Assembly: GCF_000150275.1 (NCBI RefSeq)
Contig: NW_002060964.1
Span: forward strand, 787,115-851,114
Length of the DNA: 64,000 bases
Direction: 5' to 3'
Origin: Trichoplax adhaerens
Lineage: Eukaryota; Animalia; Placozoa
Positions 38,301 through 51,829 of the stretch are shown in pieces. The notes beneath the pieces were generated by a model. It was not told the DNA's origin. It saw only the letters and a list, made by a program, of their open reading frames with translations, and made no database searches. Both the position numbers and the translations under genes were made by a program. How positions within the stretch are numbered: position 1 is the stretch's first letter; each line of letters begins with the position of its first letter.

Positions 38301-38458
38301 ATGGCATGGAACGGTTAGAACTGTATATTGATGAAGAGATCAGTTACCTCCTCCAAGTTGGAATTGCATCGGATATATTGCATCAAGGGAATAGCCTTCC
38401 GCCATTTTGCATAATCACATGCAATTTTCCACCTTGCTACGAGCAGACGATGACCCAT
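35333..38458 (-). CDS. MOCS1: MOCS1A / MoaA GTP 3',8-cyclase (radical SAM enzyme of molybdenum cofactor biosynthesis)
   Basis: Exons 38348-38458 (tentative, presequence-like), 37387-37516, 37084-37251, 36360-36586, 36074-36145, 35929-35968, 35512-35856, 35333-35388. Motifs: [29 protein letters not shown] (CxxxCxxC), [48 protein letters not shown] (C-terminal 4Fe-4S ligands) and C-terminal NRPMILIGG-stop. Confidence 0.95.
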
Positions 38459-38679
38459 TGCGTTATACAACGCTCGAATAATAATTGTATAATTCTATTA
38501 ATAAGCCTTAAGTGGTGTTTTGCAATCCACAAGCTGGAGTTGCTGTCGATTTGATTGCTGTCTACGTTGGATATATCAAAATTAATTATTGAATATCAAT
38601 TCCTGCGCTGGCACGATGACTCCGACAACTCTAAGTTTACGATTGGATGACGAACCGCTAAAGTAAGCCAACCTACAGA

Positions 38680-39165
38680 GTGTACTGTACAAAATACTGT
38701 ACATTATACTGTGTCCAGTACTACTGTACTGGACACAGTAGTACTGTAGAGTCACTAGAGTGTAGAGTGTACAGTGTACAGTGTACAGTGTACAGTACTG
38801 GAACTTGTAAAGGATTTCTCTTGAAAATCTCTCATGGTATCACGCTGTTTTATAGTCTTGCAGTAATACTTGCTACAGTAGTAGCTGAGACTAGGATTTC
38901 GAAGAGAAATGGTCTTCATCAGGATCTGAGCAGTCGATTTGTGCTTTTTGCAGACTCTCCTGGCAATTGTTGAGTTAAAATATGGCCGCAGCGATTTTAC
39001 TAGTCATTTTAAGTAGACGCTATGCCTGCAACGGAATATTGTCTACTGTCACGATTGCCGTCCTAATACACAGTGCTGTACTATGAGAATCTCACCACTG
39101 TACGATACAACGTATAGTATACAGTGTACAGTACCCACTCTTCAGTATAGAGCGCACAGTATTGT
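38680..39165. repeat. TACTG/CAGTA and TGTACAG microsatellite clusters at the probable MOCS1 promoter / 5' region
   Basis: gtgtacagtgtacagtgtacagtgtacagtactg at about 38767-38790, with further tactgt/cagtac units at 38680-38750 and 39070-39160. Confidence 0.8.
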
Positions 39166-39659
39166 AGAACAATACCGGTGTCACCGGGTTTTGTCCAGTG
39201 GTCCAGGAGTCCATGACTAAGGACTACCAAACAAAATTTTCTTCTCGTTATGAGGATTGGAAAAATTAGAAATGAGGGATGAAGGGGGGAAATTTTTGTT
39301 TGGTAATCCCTACCTCGACTCATGCTAGTGGTGTTGGTGAGTGAGTTAGCTTAAAATCCTGATAAAACTCATTCGTTCTTACGAGACAGGCATTCTATGT
39401 TGATTCAAGATGCCTAGGAGTTTTGGACGTTGATCATCCTAATAATATTGGAATGTAGATGCTGTACATATTGAATGGATGGAAAGACCATTTCATGATG
39501 AAATAATAAACTGCTTGTGTCTATGAGCTAGACTGCAACGTTTAATATTGCCACGATAGACTAAATTGGACAATACACCTTGTTAACATGTGTGGAAGTA
39601 CACCAGACACGTTGGATATCGATTTTCATCGCAATGTCAATTACTTCAGTCTATGGTAG

Positions 39660-40230
39660 ACAATGAGCGCTTAATAGTTGATAAAGTAACGGGAAGAAAC
39701 AAGATGGATGCCAATGCAAAGCTAGTAAAGTCAATGACTTTATTTTAGAATATAATATACAATCAATGCTTGGACAAAGTAATATCAAGTTAATAAACAA
39801 GACATTCTCATCCCAATACAAAGCTAGCAAAGTCAATTCCTTGACTCCATGGCATCTAGTCAGCGCTTGATAGCAGATAAAGTAATATCAAGTTAATAAA
39901 CAAGACATTCTCATCCCAATGGAAAGCTAGTAAAGTCAATGACTTTATTTTAGAATATATTATACAATCAATGCTTGATAGCGGACAAAGTAATGTCAAG
40001 TTAATAAACAAGACATTCTCATCCCAATACAAATCTAGCAAAGTCAATTCCTGGACTCCATGACATCCAGTCAGCGCTTGATAGCAGATAAAGTAATATC
40101 AAGTTAATAAACAAGACATTCTCATCCCAATGGAAAGCTAGCAAAGTCAATTTCTTTACTCCATAACATACAATCAGCGCTTGATAGTTGATAAAGTAAT
40201 ACTGTATTAGTAAACAAGACCTTCTCATCG
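39660..40230. repeat. Tandem repeat, about 103-108 bp unit with alternating (~210-bp dimer) structure, about 5.5 copies
   Basis: aagtaat(a/g)tcaagttaataaacaagacattctcatcccaat at about 39777, 39880, 39987 and 40091. Spacers alternate between ..gactttattttagaata.. and ..ttcct(t/g)gactccatg.. Confidence 0.92.
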
Positions 40231-41030
40231 TTATTAAAAGTCTATTCTAATCAACATCCATCCTTCTTTAACTTAACGATACGACTTGAATTTATTGAAA
40301 ACAAGACAAAAATGACAAAAGTATTATAAAATCAGATGCATATATAATAAATAGTATAAATCTTCAACAAGTACTTTGCAATGATTTTAAATAGCAAACA
40401 GAGCACAAAAATGATTTACCCTATGCTGAATCCAAGATACCCTTTCAACGCTATCATATATTAAAAAAGGATAAAAGTTTGCAAATAGCATAGCAAGTAT
40501 TAATTAATATTAACGGAGTTTCACAAAATAGTCACAAATAGGATGGATTTCATACTGAAAATTTCTCTTAAATAATTGCTTGAGCTTAATTTAATGATTA
40601 CATGTCCACAACCTATTTTGTTGTTCTATTCAATTCTAGTGCCAGTCAAATCGATCAATCACGTATCTTTCCGTCTTATTATATAATAAATAAATGCATC
40701 ATTGCAATATTGTACATGTATATATATATACATCTGTCAATATATAGAAATGGATCAATTTTAAATGAACTAGCTCAACTGGTCTAGATATAAAGCAACT
40801 TAAAATTAAGATCAGGATAAGCGAATTGGCGTACTTATTTAAATTATGCGTACACGGGTCCTCCTCGATCACGTTTGTAAATAAATTAATTTTTATCCAA
40901 ATTATTGTCGATTAAATCCGATTTATGTCTCCTAGCTGAGCTACTATACCTCTTAATCGATTTAGCTATATCACAGTCTAATGAAAATATGAATAGTAAC
41001 GGCAATACTTTAGATGTTGACTGAAAATGG

Positions 41031-44000
41031 TTAACGATATCTTGTAAAATCTGCACATGATCTTGATAGGCCTCTAGGATCATTCCATTCGGTAGAATAA
41101 GATCTCGACAATTTACCTCGGTTTGTACTTCCTTTTCGGTCGCTAATATTTAAACATGACGAATATCGAGTTCTATTTCGGTATTCATCATGGCTCGAGC
41201 TACCTCTAGTACAACTAGTACCGTCATCAGTTGAAATAAATGGAGTATCAGCAAGGGATGAACTAGATACGTTGCTGAGAGAGTTGCGAGAGTTGCGAGT
41301 ATTCGTACGGCTACGATTGGATCTCCCGCGTCCATGATGTAAATTAGGATGTATAATATTGTCACAGTTATAATTACGAACATAATCACATGTGAGGCTT
41401 AAATTGGAAGCGGTCATTCTTTTCTTAGATAGATTAGAATTAACTGGCTGCAAAATCTCACGTTTATCCTCGCCGTGATCAACAGTTGGTGGAATAATAT
41501 TCGATGGTATAACATAACCTTGCGTTTGTGTAGCATGCGTTGCTGCTTGATCATGATCTGCTGATGATAAGCAGAAAATTCCACGGAATCGGTCCCATAT
41601 CGTTTTACGTCGATTGGCTTCTTTATTGACCTTATTTGGTTTATTATTACCTCTAACCAAAGCTCGTCTCATCGATGCTCTCATATACGGTTTCAGGATA
41701 TCGCCATTGTTGGTTAGACTAGTTTGAGAAAGAGCTCGTTCACATAGGTGATTCGTGTTGGTATAGCCTTTATTTCTAGCTGCTGCAGCTGCTTCCGATT
41801 TCTCAGTGTATGTACGAATAGTACGTTTATTGGCAATCTCGCTTTCTTCAGAATCCAGTATATAGGACATTCGATTTCTATTGGGTGATGGTCGATTCGT
41901 TTCCTCCTTAACAAAGGTGACATTTCGATTTCCTTTTGATGTCGAATGAGGTGGTTGTTGATCACTATGTCGATGTTGTTGATGATGATGAATATCCTCT
42001 AAATTCGTGCTGTGACGATTATTTCTGCCTTTGCTATGACCACGTCCTACTTTTACTGGTGGAAATTTGCCATTATTGGAGTTGTCTGCTTGGACATGAT
42101 CGCCTTGTTTATTCACGGATTGATTATGACCTTGTTTGCTCATGTTTGATTGCACAACAGGTGAGATTAGATCATTCAATTTCTCAATCGGAGAGGCTCT
42201 ATTTCTATTAATTGATGGCGTACGATCATGGCCAACATTGTCGCCATTAGTAGCGTTGGTATTACTCGATCTGGTGGAATAGCCTTGATCGCAGTTACTC
42301 GAGCGATGATGAGTAAATTTATAACCTTTATTTGTAGAGCTACTCCTGACAGGGACTATAGGTGATTGCTGTATCATAGGGTTATAATCTGTTTGCATCT
42401 TTGGCGAACAATTATTCTCAATCATTTCATCGCCATGACATTTATCCTCGTCATGTCGATCTTGCATAAATTCTATGTCATCTTCCACACCATCATCCAT
42501 TTCGATATCGTCATCTCTTACTAGAAGATTATTATGATTTTGTCGTATTGCATCATCATCGTACAGTGTCTCTACTGTCGCTAAAGCTGATGTGCTGACA
42601 GAATGAAATAGGTTCGAATTAGCAGGATCTGGACAATAGTGGGCTTGATGAAGAGCTACATGACTTTGAGAACGTTGTTTAAGACGAACAAAATGGTCAT
42701 TCTCTGCCTTGGCTGCCTCTTCTTCTTCAGTTAACAGTTGATTAATGTTAACGTAGGAATTAGAATGGTCGACGCACTCTATCATAGAGCGAACCCTTTG
42801 ATGTCGGTCTGCATAATTGTCAAAGTCAGTCCGATGTGAATTCTTATCTTTCCTTCTAATAGGATAATTAATCTTTCTATTTTGATCTATGTGTTTATCG
42901 TGAATCGCCTTTTCGTTGTTGAATGAATATCCTTTCCCATTGGAAGGATTAGTAACCTTTCGATTATGCTTTTTATCATTGCGAGATAAGTCTGTTTTAG
43001 ATTTTTCTCGTCGAGGTTCATATTTTAGAAGAGCTAATTTGTCTGTAGACTGCGTTGTTCTGTCCGACTTTGTCTTTTGATGATGATGTTTACGAATATG
43101 GCGAGGTTGATGTTGTTGATTGCGATTGGTACTATTATTTTTACAGCCTAAATAAATTGCTGTAATCGTCGGTGCTTCCTCATCACTGCGCTCTTCAAAG
43201 CTAGACATTTCGTCTTCACCGCCGCTAAAAGCTGATTTAGCGTAGGTTACACGAGGTTTTCGAATATCGTTTTGAGATTTAGCAGATTTCAAACGTTGAT
43301 TTTCATATTCAAACTTTTTGGCATCAGATGCGTAGCCCTATGATAAATATAAACATTTATGTATAGTACGGCATTAGTAATTATTGCATATCAATTTTAT
43401 CCATAATCCTATAGGTAGTATCCCAGATATGGAACTCTGAAATTATACTCATACCTTTATCCTTTTCCTTTTTTCCACAGTTAAGATCTTGGATGCAATG
43501 TTTAATGTCGATAGAGCATCAAAATAGTTTTCTTTATGATTAAATACATTCACAATCATCGTTTTATAACATTTGCTATTGCCTAGTGGCTCACGCAGAA
43601 CTTGAATTAACTTATTCCGGCTATCGATAGGAATTGAGAAAATATTTATGAGCATACTAGTAACATAGTTATTGTTGTAATCAAAAATTTTTAAGTGGAA
43701 ATAATTGATGCACGCCATTAAATACAAGCATACTTATTAGTTGCGATTCGTCCACCCGATAGTAAGGATAATATGATTCTGCCAATAGGAGATATCAAAC
43801 TAGTTTCCCGACTTTGTCTTTCATCAGTAGCTGCAAGATCGATAAAGTAGAGGCGAGATCGGCCGTTATTTGCTGCAAAGAATCAGCATGAAAGTAATCA
43901 ACATTAGATCTATGATAAGACTTGCTGTTTTAGTTCATTTATAAGGACGATAAATCCATAAACTGTAAAACAAAAATTTAATTTCGACTAAATATGTAGG

Positions 44001-47000
44001 AATTATGTAAGATCGCATAAAATATTACTGGCTGCATGAAATAGAAATGTTACATCTTCAGCAATAGGTCTTTCTTAATCTGATGATTTTTTTAGCTTAC
44101 AATACCTGGCGTCATTTGTTGTTCCTTATAACGATATAAATAAACAATAAACATCAAACTTCCTTGTCGTTTTCCCGGATTCTGATTACAATTTATAGCA
44201 GCGTTTGCTGCATCGAATAAATTAAGAGCTGCTTGAAGGCTAGAAGCTCGTATTTCCTCCACGTTAAGCTGTAAAAATTGCATAGCGAAATAACATAGGG
44301 CATTATATAATTTGCTCAGTAAAAGTATTACAATACCAAATCATTTATCTTTGATGTTCCTATTACTCATTAATAATCATTTGAACTACAACAATGTAAG
44401 AAATCTTGTACACATTTTTAGTGATAAAAATTTAGCTGCTATATACCGGATTGCCATCTTCAGTTAAGTATACTCCTGGAGATTGATTCATTTTGCCATC
44501 TAAGAACAAAATTTAATAGTTCTAAATGTTGTCAATTTCATATCTATCAGGTTCAATAATCTCCTTACCTGCTACTTTATCTGCGAGTAGATCTCGTACT
44601 TCATTTTTATAAACTTCTGTGGCTGAAATCCGTACAGAATAACTAATTCCTGATCTATTGGATCAATAAGTTAGTTTTTAGATTATTTAGGTAGCAAGGT
44701 ATAGTTCGTCTTAGTAATATAGTGCAACATTGCGCATTTATGTCCACTATTTAAATATTCACTATTATAACTTGCGCCCATATTCTATTACAACGATTAA
44801 GGCAATTCATGATTTTGTAAATTGGCATAAATAAAATTTTATTACTTGCTCGGGAATAATTATTTACAAGTTACCTTTGTCGCTCTTCTTCTATTGCATG
44901 ATACAGCCATATCAATGAGTAAGGTATAACTCCTAAATTTTCCACTTTATCATCATTTCCAATGATGGTATAGCTTTTTCCTGTATTGGAAGGATATTAA
45001 AACTTTAATAAATGATCAAACACCCTACAGTAAATATCCATCCTTAACACAGATTGGACTATACTATTTCAATGAAATGAAGCACATTAAGATCATTGCG
45101 ATGCGGAAATGTGAAAACATATCTATTCTGCTGGTAAATAATCTCAATAAAACTGCAGAAGGTAGTACTTTGCTTAATGCATATTTCTAATTCTCCTGAA
45201 TATATTATTTTAAGTAATGACAAGGCGGAAAATGAGATGAAAAATGTCATAGTATAATATCGAGCTGCTATGCGCTCATCTTTTGCAATTTTCTTATTAT
45301 TATAAACTATTAACTATCATCAACGAAATTATAACTTGCGGTTTAAAGGCAAACATTGTATGCACTAGTTTTCTCATGCAAATCATCAATGCAGCTGAAA
45401 GCTATAGAACATAAAATTTATGCACGGCTCACCTGATGCCATAGCTCCAAAACTAAAAATGCAGCCATCGCGTCCATAGAGTACATGACGTAGAATAGAT
45501 GTAGCAGTATGATCACAAAGCTTAAGCTAAGCAGTGTAAACAACAAACATATTACTATCACATCAGAATTTACCAATTCCTTAAAATGAGATCTTTTTTA
45601 AGGCTGGTTTATAGGATATCAATTGAATATGCAATAGATACCCTATCTCGAACTCATTTAAAGATTTAATTTAATCACACCATTGCCTTAAATCGAGAAA
45701 ACTGCAAGATATTCACAAGATTAAGCACTATGTCGAATACTTTACCTGCTGATCCCCATAATTAAAGATGGAATCGAATGCAAATACTTTATTTGAGCTG
45801 TTTGATCCTCTTCTTTGCAAATCTGGATGATTTAAAGTAACCTGTTTCTTTGATGCATCAATTTTCAATATTTCTGAATTTGCATCACTATCTGGGCTAT
45901 TTCTCACTCTTAAAAATACTTTCAGCTGCGTAATAAAAGAATGAATGGATAAAAATGATTTAAATTAGTACCAATTATTTCAAGTTTTGATTTAAAATTC
46001 ATCTGCACTTCCATCTATCCTACCCTACCCAAAGTTAAATATGAATTCGTGTTTAAATTTTACAAAACCTAACGTAAGTCCAAAAATTTATTTTAACAGC
46101 GCTGCATTACTGCTGTAATTTCAGCCATGATATATATGCACAAATTTAGTTTAATGGTATAACTTCCAAATCGTTCGATACTGTTATTTCGTGCTTAACA
46201 TTAAGAATCCATGTCTGTACGATAATGTCCATAATAATACTGCAGTCATGCTTTCTTTCTAGGTATGATGTAAATGCACAAGTTTAATTCAATGGTAGAA
46301 CTTCCAAATCGTTCTATACTGTTATTTCGTGCTTACTATTAAGCAATCCATACCTGTGAAATAGTCTGTATAATAAAACTGTCGTAATACAAATGCACAA
46401 GCTTAATTCAGTTGTAGAACTTTTAAATAGTTCTAAACTGTTTTTAATGCCTAATATTAATCAATTTATGTCGTACAATAGTCTGTATATTGTACAAGAA
46501 AACTGCAGCAATGATTCCTAAATATGATACAAATACACAAGTTTAACTCAATGGTAGAAGTTTAAATCGTTCTATGCCGTTACTTCGTGACAAATATTGA
46601 GCAATCCATGTCAGTACAATCATCTGCGTAATAATGCTGCAGTAATGTTTTTTTTTTCTAGATACGATGCAATAGCATAAATGAAAATAAAGCGTAAAAC
46701 TTTCTAATTAATACCTATATGATATACTGTATATTCCTATTTCATATCTAATCCATCACTTTTTTTATTTGCTAGCAATGAATACCGAAATTTTTAATGT
46801 TTTTGGAATGATATTGCTCGGATTTAGCCTTTAATTGCAGCTATAAAAAATTCTATCACCGCTAAGAAAGCCTATTTAGACTAAAGTAGAACTGCTCGAT
46901 AAAGCCATTACTCAAAATGTTACATTCTACTTGTGATAAATCAAGAAGTCGAACAAGATTCTATCTGTTGAAGGCTCATTTTTAGTCTCTCTATCTCTTC

Positions 47001-49398
47001 TTTGGTGCCTAGTACTATTAAATTTAGCTGTACGAAGTCGTATTTATAATTACTAAACCTCAATTATATTCAAGGAAATTGGTTGTAATTTAATAGGCAA
47101 ATTGATTGAGAAATTACACCAATATTGACTTTCAATATATGTCAGTAGCTTTTATTATTGTAAGAGACTTTTCCATCTTTCATGGGCCATGATATCAGTG
47201 GTAGAAAAGTAGCACCTTGGTCAATCGATCATATAGGGTGCAACGGTTCGTCTCTTAAATAATTAAGTTAAGGCCTATAATAGAAACTTCTTTATGGAAA
47301 AGTATGGTAAGGATAAAGTAAAGGTATATCAAATAAGAAAAATCTTCAATATACTGCATTGGTACAGGTAATTCCACTAATTGGATAATAAGATCAGTGA
47401 ACATAATCATATCTTTTGCCTGTTTTCAGATAGGTTAACACTATACAGCATATCTTTATTCATGGCTTCTATATTATTGTTTAACACTAGCAAAGCCAAT
47501 AAACATTTTAGCCGAGAAAAGTATAATCCTGATATAAGCTGCAAGAAAGTGTGAAAACTTTAGCACGTTGAATGCCAACAGTAACAACTTATTTTTCAAT
47601 AAATTCTTTGATCCAGTTTGTGAAAGCGAGCAGTTGTACCAAAATTTAAAACCGAAAGGAGAAAAAAACTGCGATATACTTTAGCGCTAGCCGAACTGTT
47701 TAGAATGAGAGAAAGTGCGACATAGTTTAAAAAGTTTCAGATGAAATCGGATCCCGACTTTATAACCGTGGGTGGAAGCTCAACGGCCCTTTTCATTGCT
47801 AATAGTCTATCTCATTTGTATGATTAGAATACTATGGCCCTTTAGGATGTGCCATTCTTGGCTATCATCAAGCTCCTACCAAAGTATTGTAGGAAATTCT
47901 GCGTCAATTTATAGCTTACCTTATGCTTTCGACGTGATATCCTTCTCTCATGGTGCTGAGTTATTAAGGTTAGGAGATCGTCTAATGTAACGTAAGCGAA
48001 AGATGAAAAGGAAGATAATTTGATGGACCGTTCCTTGTCTGACTGATCATCTTCCTTTTTTATAACTACAGGTATAAAAGAGAATATTAGGTTAAACAAG
48101 ATAAAAACCATTGAATTTTAGCTCGATTACATCATGCTAACAGATGATGATCCAATCAGATGATTATTACAAGGATGAAAGGTATTTTTATTCCCTTTTA
48201 TTTCTTGTACTAAACACTAGTATTATATGACGATAGCAAAACGAAATGCTGCATTACAGTCGATTGTTTGCAATTGTTCAATTAAGCAACATAAGGTAAA
48301 AGAAAGGATAGCCAATCTAACCTTGGTTGATATAGGGATGAAGAGCAGCCTTGGCTTGATTTTGGATTAATGGTGTCGGTGATGCACGATGAAATTCAGT
48401 ATTCATGCTTACTTTTCGAGAGTAATTTTGTTGAAGGCCAGAACGATGCGGTGATGATTTACTGCCTTGATACTTGATAACTTTCTTTTTTAACTGCTGC
48501 TTTTGCGCATCTGTTAAGTAAGTAAAATAATATCAAATATTCTTACATTAATCAAGCAAAGAAAAACAAACCTCCTTTGATATCTAAACTATTACATTAG
48601 CCGATTATTTATTCAGCTTTCATACGTTCAATAATAAAAAATGCATCTTGGCCAATGCAAGGATGATATTATTTTCTATCACCAATTAGTAATATTATCG
48701 TTGCTACTCTATTACAACAATTAATCCATTTGGAAACAATTATAACTTAAAATAGTTTGGAGAATGGAGCATAAAATTATTAAAGAAAATGCTGATTGAG
48801 GATGAAAATGGATCATGATTAATTAAAGTCAATGGAAAGTAACGTGGTTGCACTTTCTATTAGGTTATTAACCAAAACTTATTCATTTTATGCTATCATG
48901 ATGATAGGATGCACTATCGAGTAGCTTGATATCGCTACATGCCAATTCAAAAAAAAATGTCTTCTAATATCCTTCACTTCTGTACAAATAATCAAGTTTC
49001 TGTCCAGTAGGATAAAACATCAAACTAGGACATCCAATTTTATTCTATTCTGTTGAATAGGTAAAACATGGACTCTATCATTATTTATTGGCGCTATTCT
49101 TTCCTAGCTACTGTCTCAGTTTAACCTACTCATGTTATTCTTCTCGACATGGGATTTTGAAGTGAAGTCTTCAAGCGCTACTCTATGAAATCAATTTTAT
49201 CAAACGGTAACCAGGGTAGCGGCTATCCCTAGCATTTTGGATTGGTATAGAATTGCAATAGTGGGTATTTTTGCTTCCATCCGATCCATCGCTTGATGGA
49301 TGTTGATTGCTTCCATGAAAGTTATGGTAAGAATTGGAATTAACCAGCGAAGAAAATAGACTGCAATTGTAATTTGATAGTAACATTGGATAAGGCAT
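41031..49398 (-). CDS. KIF26: Kinesin-11 family KIF26A/B (VAB-8-like) protein; central degenerate motor domain and ~770-aa low-complexity C-terminal tail
   Basis: Phase-consistent exons 49212-49398 (or 49360), 48322-48510, 47920-48065, 45746-45925, 45433-45526, 44875-44980, 44569-44654, 44447-44499, 44106-44268, 43734-43872, 43455-43620, 41031-43337. The motor reads LKVFLRV..KIDASKKQVTL..KVFAFDSIF..GRDGCIFSFGAMASGKSYTIIG..LGVIPYSLIWLY..SVRISATEV..RDLLA..QSPGVYLTED..GRSRLYLIDL..KLIQVLREPLG..LSTLNIASKI. QSPGVYL, GRSRLxLIDL and the post-motor SGGE..IYLG are KIF26-type (recalled). Confidence 0.88.
46135..46690. repeat. Decayed ~120-140 bp tandem repeat in a KIF26 intron, about 4 copies
   Basis: cacaagtttaattcaatggtagaacttccaaatcgttctatactgttatttcgtgctta-like blocks at about 46137, 46276, 46395 and 46535. 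Confidence 0.85.
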
Positions 49399-51829
49399 TC
49401 CTCTACCTTTATCCCTGATTTAAGTCCAACTCGTTCCCCTTTCCTTTGCCTCGCTTAGGAACTCATTGGCTGTTTTCGTTTAAAACACTGTTCCAAACGA
49501 AAATATCTCATGCCTACACAACGAGTATTTTAGTCACTTTATGGAAGAGATGGTTAATATAGTGCCTAATTATCCTCTACTGCCACTTAGCCGCTTTGCT
49601 CAGCATGATTCTATTTTGGCTAGTGTTTAAGATACGAATTTTACTAGGATGCAAAACTTGTTGACATCATGCTTCGAAAATGGGTTATGATCAAAATTCA
49701 AGACTAATGATCATGGCTAAAGTAGAAAAGATGGTCGACTATTGTCCTAAACTACGATTCCTTAGCAATGCCGATGATTATCTCGTTATTACTAGCGTTT
49801 GACTGTAAACTTGTGGTATTCTAAGTAAAAAAAAATTCGTTTTCAAACTCAAATGAGAAGATAGCCTAATTGGTAACATGGTTACAGTAATCTCCGGCTA
49901 TAAAAAAGATTGAAACAAACAGCAACATTGATTGGCGATAATGCCATAACGGTGTAATGGATGAAAGCGAAATCGTTATTCCTTTATTCTATCATGATCA
50001 AGTACAATTATGAAAAGACAACTTTTACTGCAAAATGTTGTCTCGTTATCAAATAGGATTACAGCATTGACATTGACAGTTGGCATGGAGAACGGATAGA
50101 GGATAAAGTGTTTTCAACGGTAAAGAAATGGATTATAAGTAGAAAGAGTAAGCGCTTGATAGTGAAATGATATTAAATACTACCACGCTTACAGTCTGTA
50201 GATAAATGATTAAAGTGAAAGTTCATCAAGTTGACAATAATATTATGCGATCAAGTGACAAGTTTAATTACATCTAATTTACCTCCAATCGTTGAGTAGA
50301 GTTAAGTTGTCTTAAAGCATGGTGTAATATCAGGCGCAAAAAAAGAATGATGGAATGTTTGGTTACAATTAAAAACTTTCTAACCCTCAATCTGTTTTTA
50401 CTTTCACCATGTGTTTGAATATGACATGGACTATTTCCACAATTGGAGTATACGAAGGTGAAATAACATTCAACGTAACCTGTACTGAGAACTTATTTTC
50501 ATCACAAGCAATATTGACAAAAGGCTAAAAAACGCTAGAAGAAAGAAACGATTAGTTTGTATTGGCAAGAATCGCTTCTTTCTTTCCCATTTGAATTCAT
50601 TATTATCTGATTGAATAAATGTGTCAGGTGTTGCCTTTTCTTACAGCCAACTAAGTTAACAACAGCAATTGAATTGAAACAGTTTAATCAATCAACAGGA
50701 ACAATTGCAATTGATGAACTCTATTACACTCCAATCAATCGTTTAGCGCCATGATGTCTCTTACAAAATCCCGACATTATCATCGCTGTATTCATGGCCG
50801 GCGGTTTGGCCAATGTTCACGTGATACTCCATCATGGCCGTCAAAGAATGAAAAAGAAATATAATCCGATAGGATGGCCATGACGTAAGTGGAAGCAAGT
50901 AGAATCATCCATCCAATAGTCCAGGCACTCATCAATCATAAAATATTCAATAATATTAGCTATTATCCAATTCAAAGGAAGGATGAATCAATGGACTACA
51001 TGAAATAGAAATTCATCTCCTACTTTCTGTTAGAGGTTGAAAGGAAGTAATGTCGAAACAATTCATTTACATCTGCATGGATTCTCCATCGTTCTAATTA
51101 ATGTTCTACTATTTAATCTGCCCATAGCCAATGGTGATTAAGTGATCTACTGTATCGCCGATACAAAAAAAAAACTGCATCAAGACTGTTCCTGCTCGCT
51201 GTTAATCCTTTCCTAGCCATAGGAGTTTGATTGCCTATTTCAAATATTTCCCACGTCATTTACTTGCATTGCAATCGATTCAGACGTAGTCTGTTCCTTG
51301 AGAATTCAATTTATCCACTGCATTTGATACAGGTCATATTTAATCGACCACTAGCTCACCATCGTGAATAAGACAATCTATTCTATTGCAGATGAAATAT
51401 GATACGCTAAGATAGTTGTTTATTTCGTGAACTTCTCCATACAACGCAAATTACGAGTGCTGTACATTGTACAACGATTACTATTTACTGCTGACGGTTG
51501 ACAATTGGCAAACTAATTGGATTGAAATCCTGTTATTCAAGTGTAGTCCTCTCTAATTGAATTGATCGACCTCGGACTCGCTGTCCTTACAAGTCATCTA
51601 CAATCTATCGACAGCTTAATCATTAAAATTTAGAAAGAAAGCAATCACTGACAGCCAAGACGGCACTAAGGCCATTCTTGTTCACCATTCACAATCTCCA
51701 TAGGGTATATTTGGATCGATTTGGAAGTCCATGTAAGTCAATAGGCTTGCAATTAATGAGATGCAATTCTCTCCTCAAGGATTGATTTGATCAACTTCTA
51801 ATGCAAGTACTCTACTGCCGATTAAAAAT

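Noticed and set aside
39651-40228. Three similar 61-69-aa ORFs (LLALYWDENVLFINL) suggesting a small peptide family
   Set aside because: They are products of the ~105-bp minisatellite, with non-triplet unit lengths and shifting frames.
31857-40230. CRISPR-like interpretation of the 96-bp and ~105-bp arrays
   Set aside because: The spacers are homologous to each other, the context is eukaryotic and intron-rich, and no cas genes are present.
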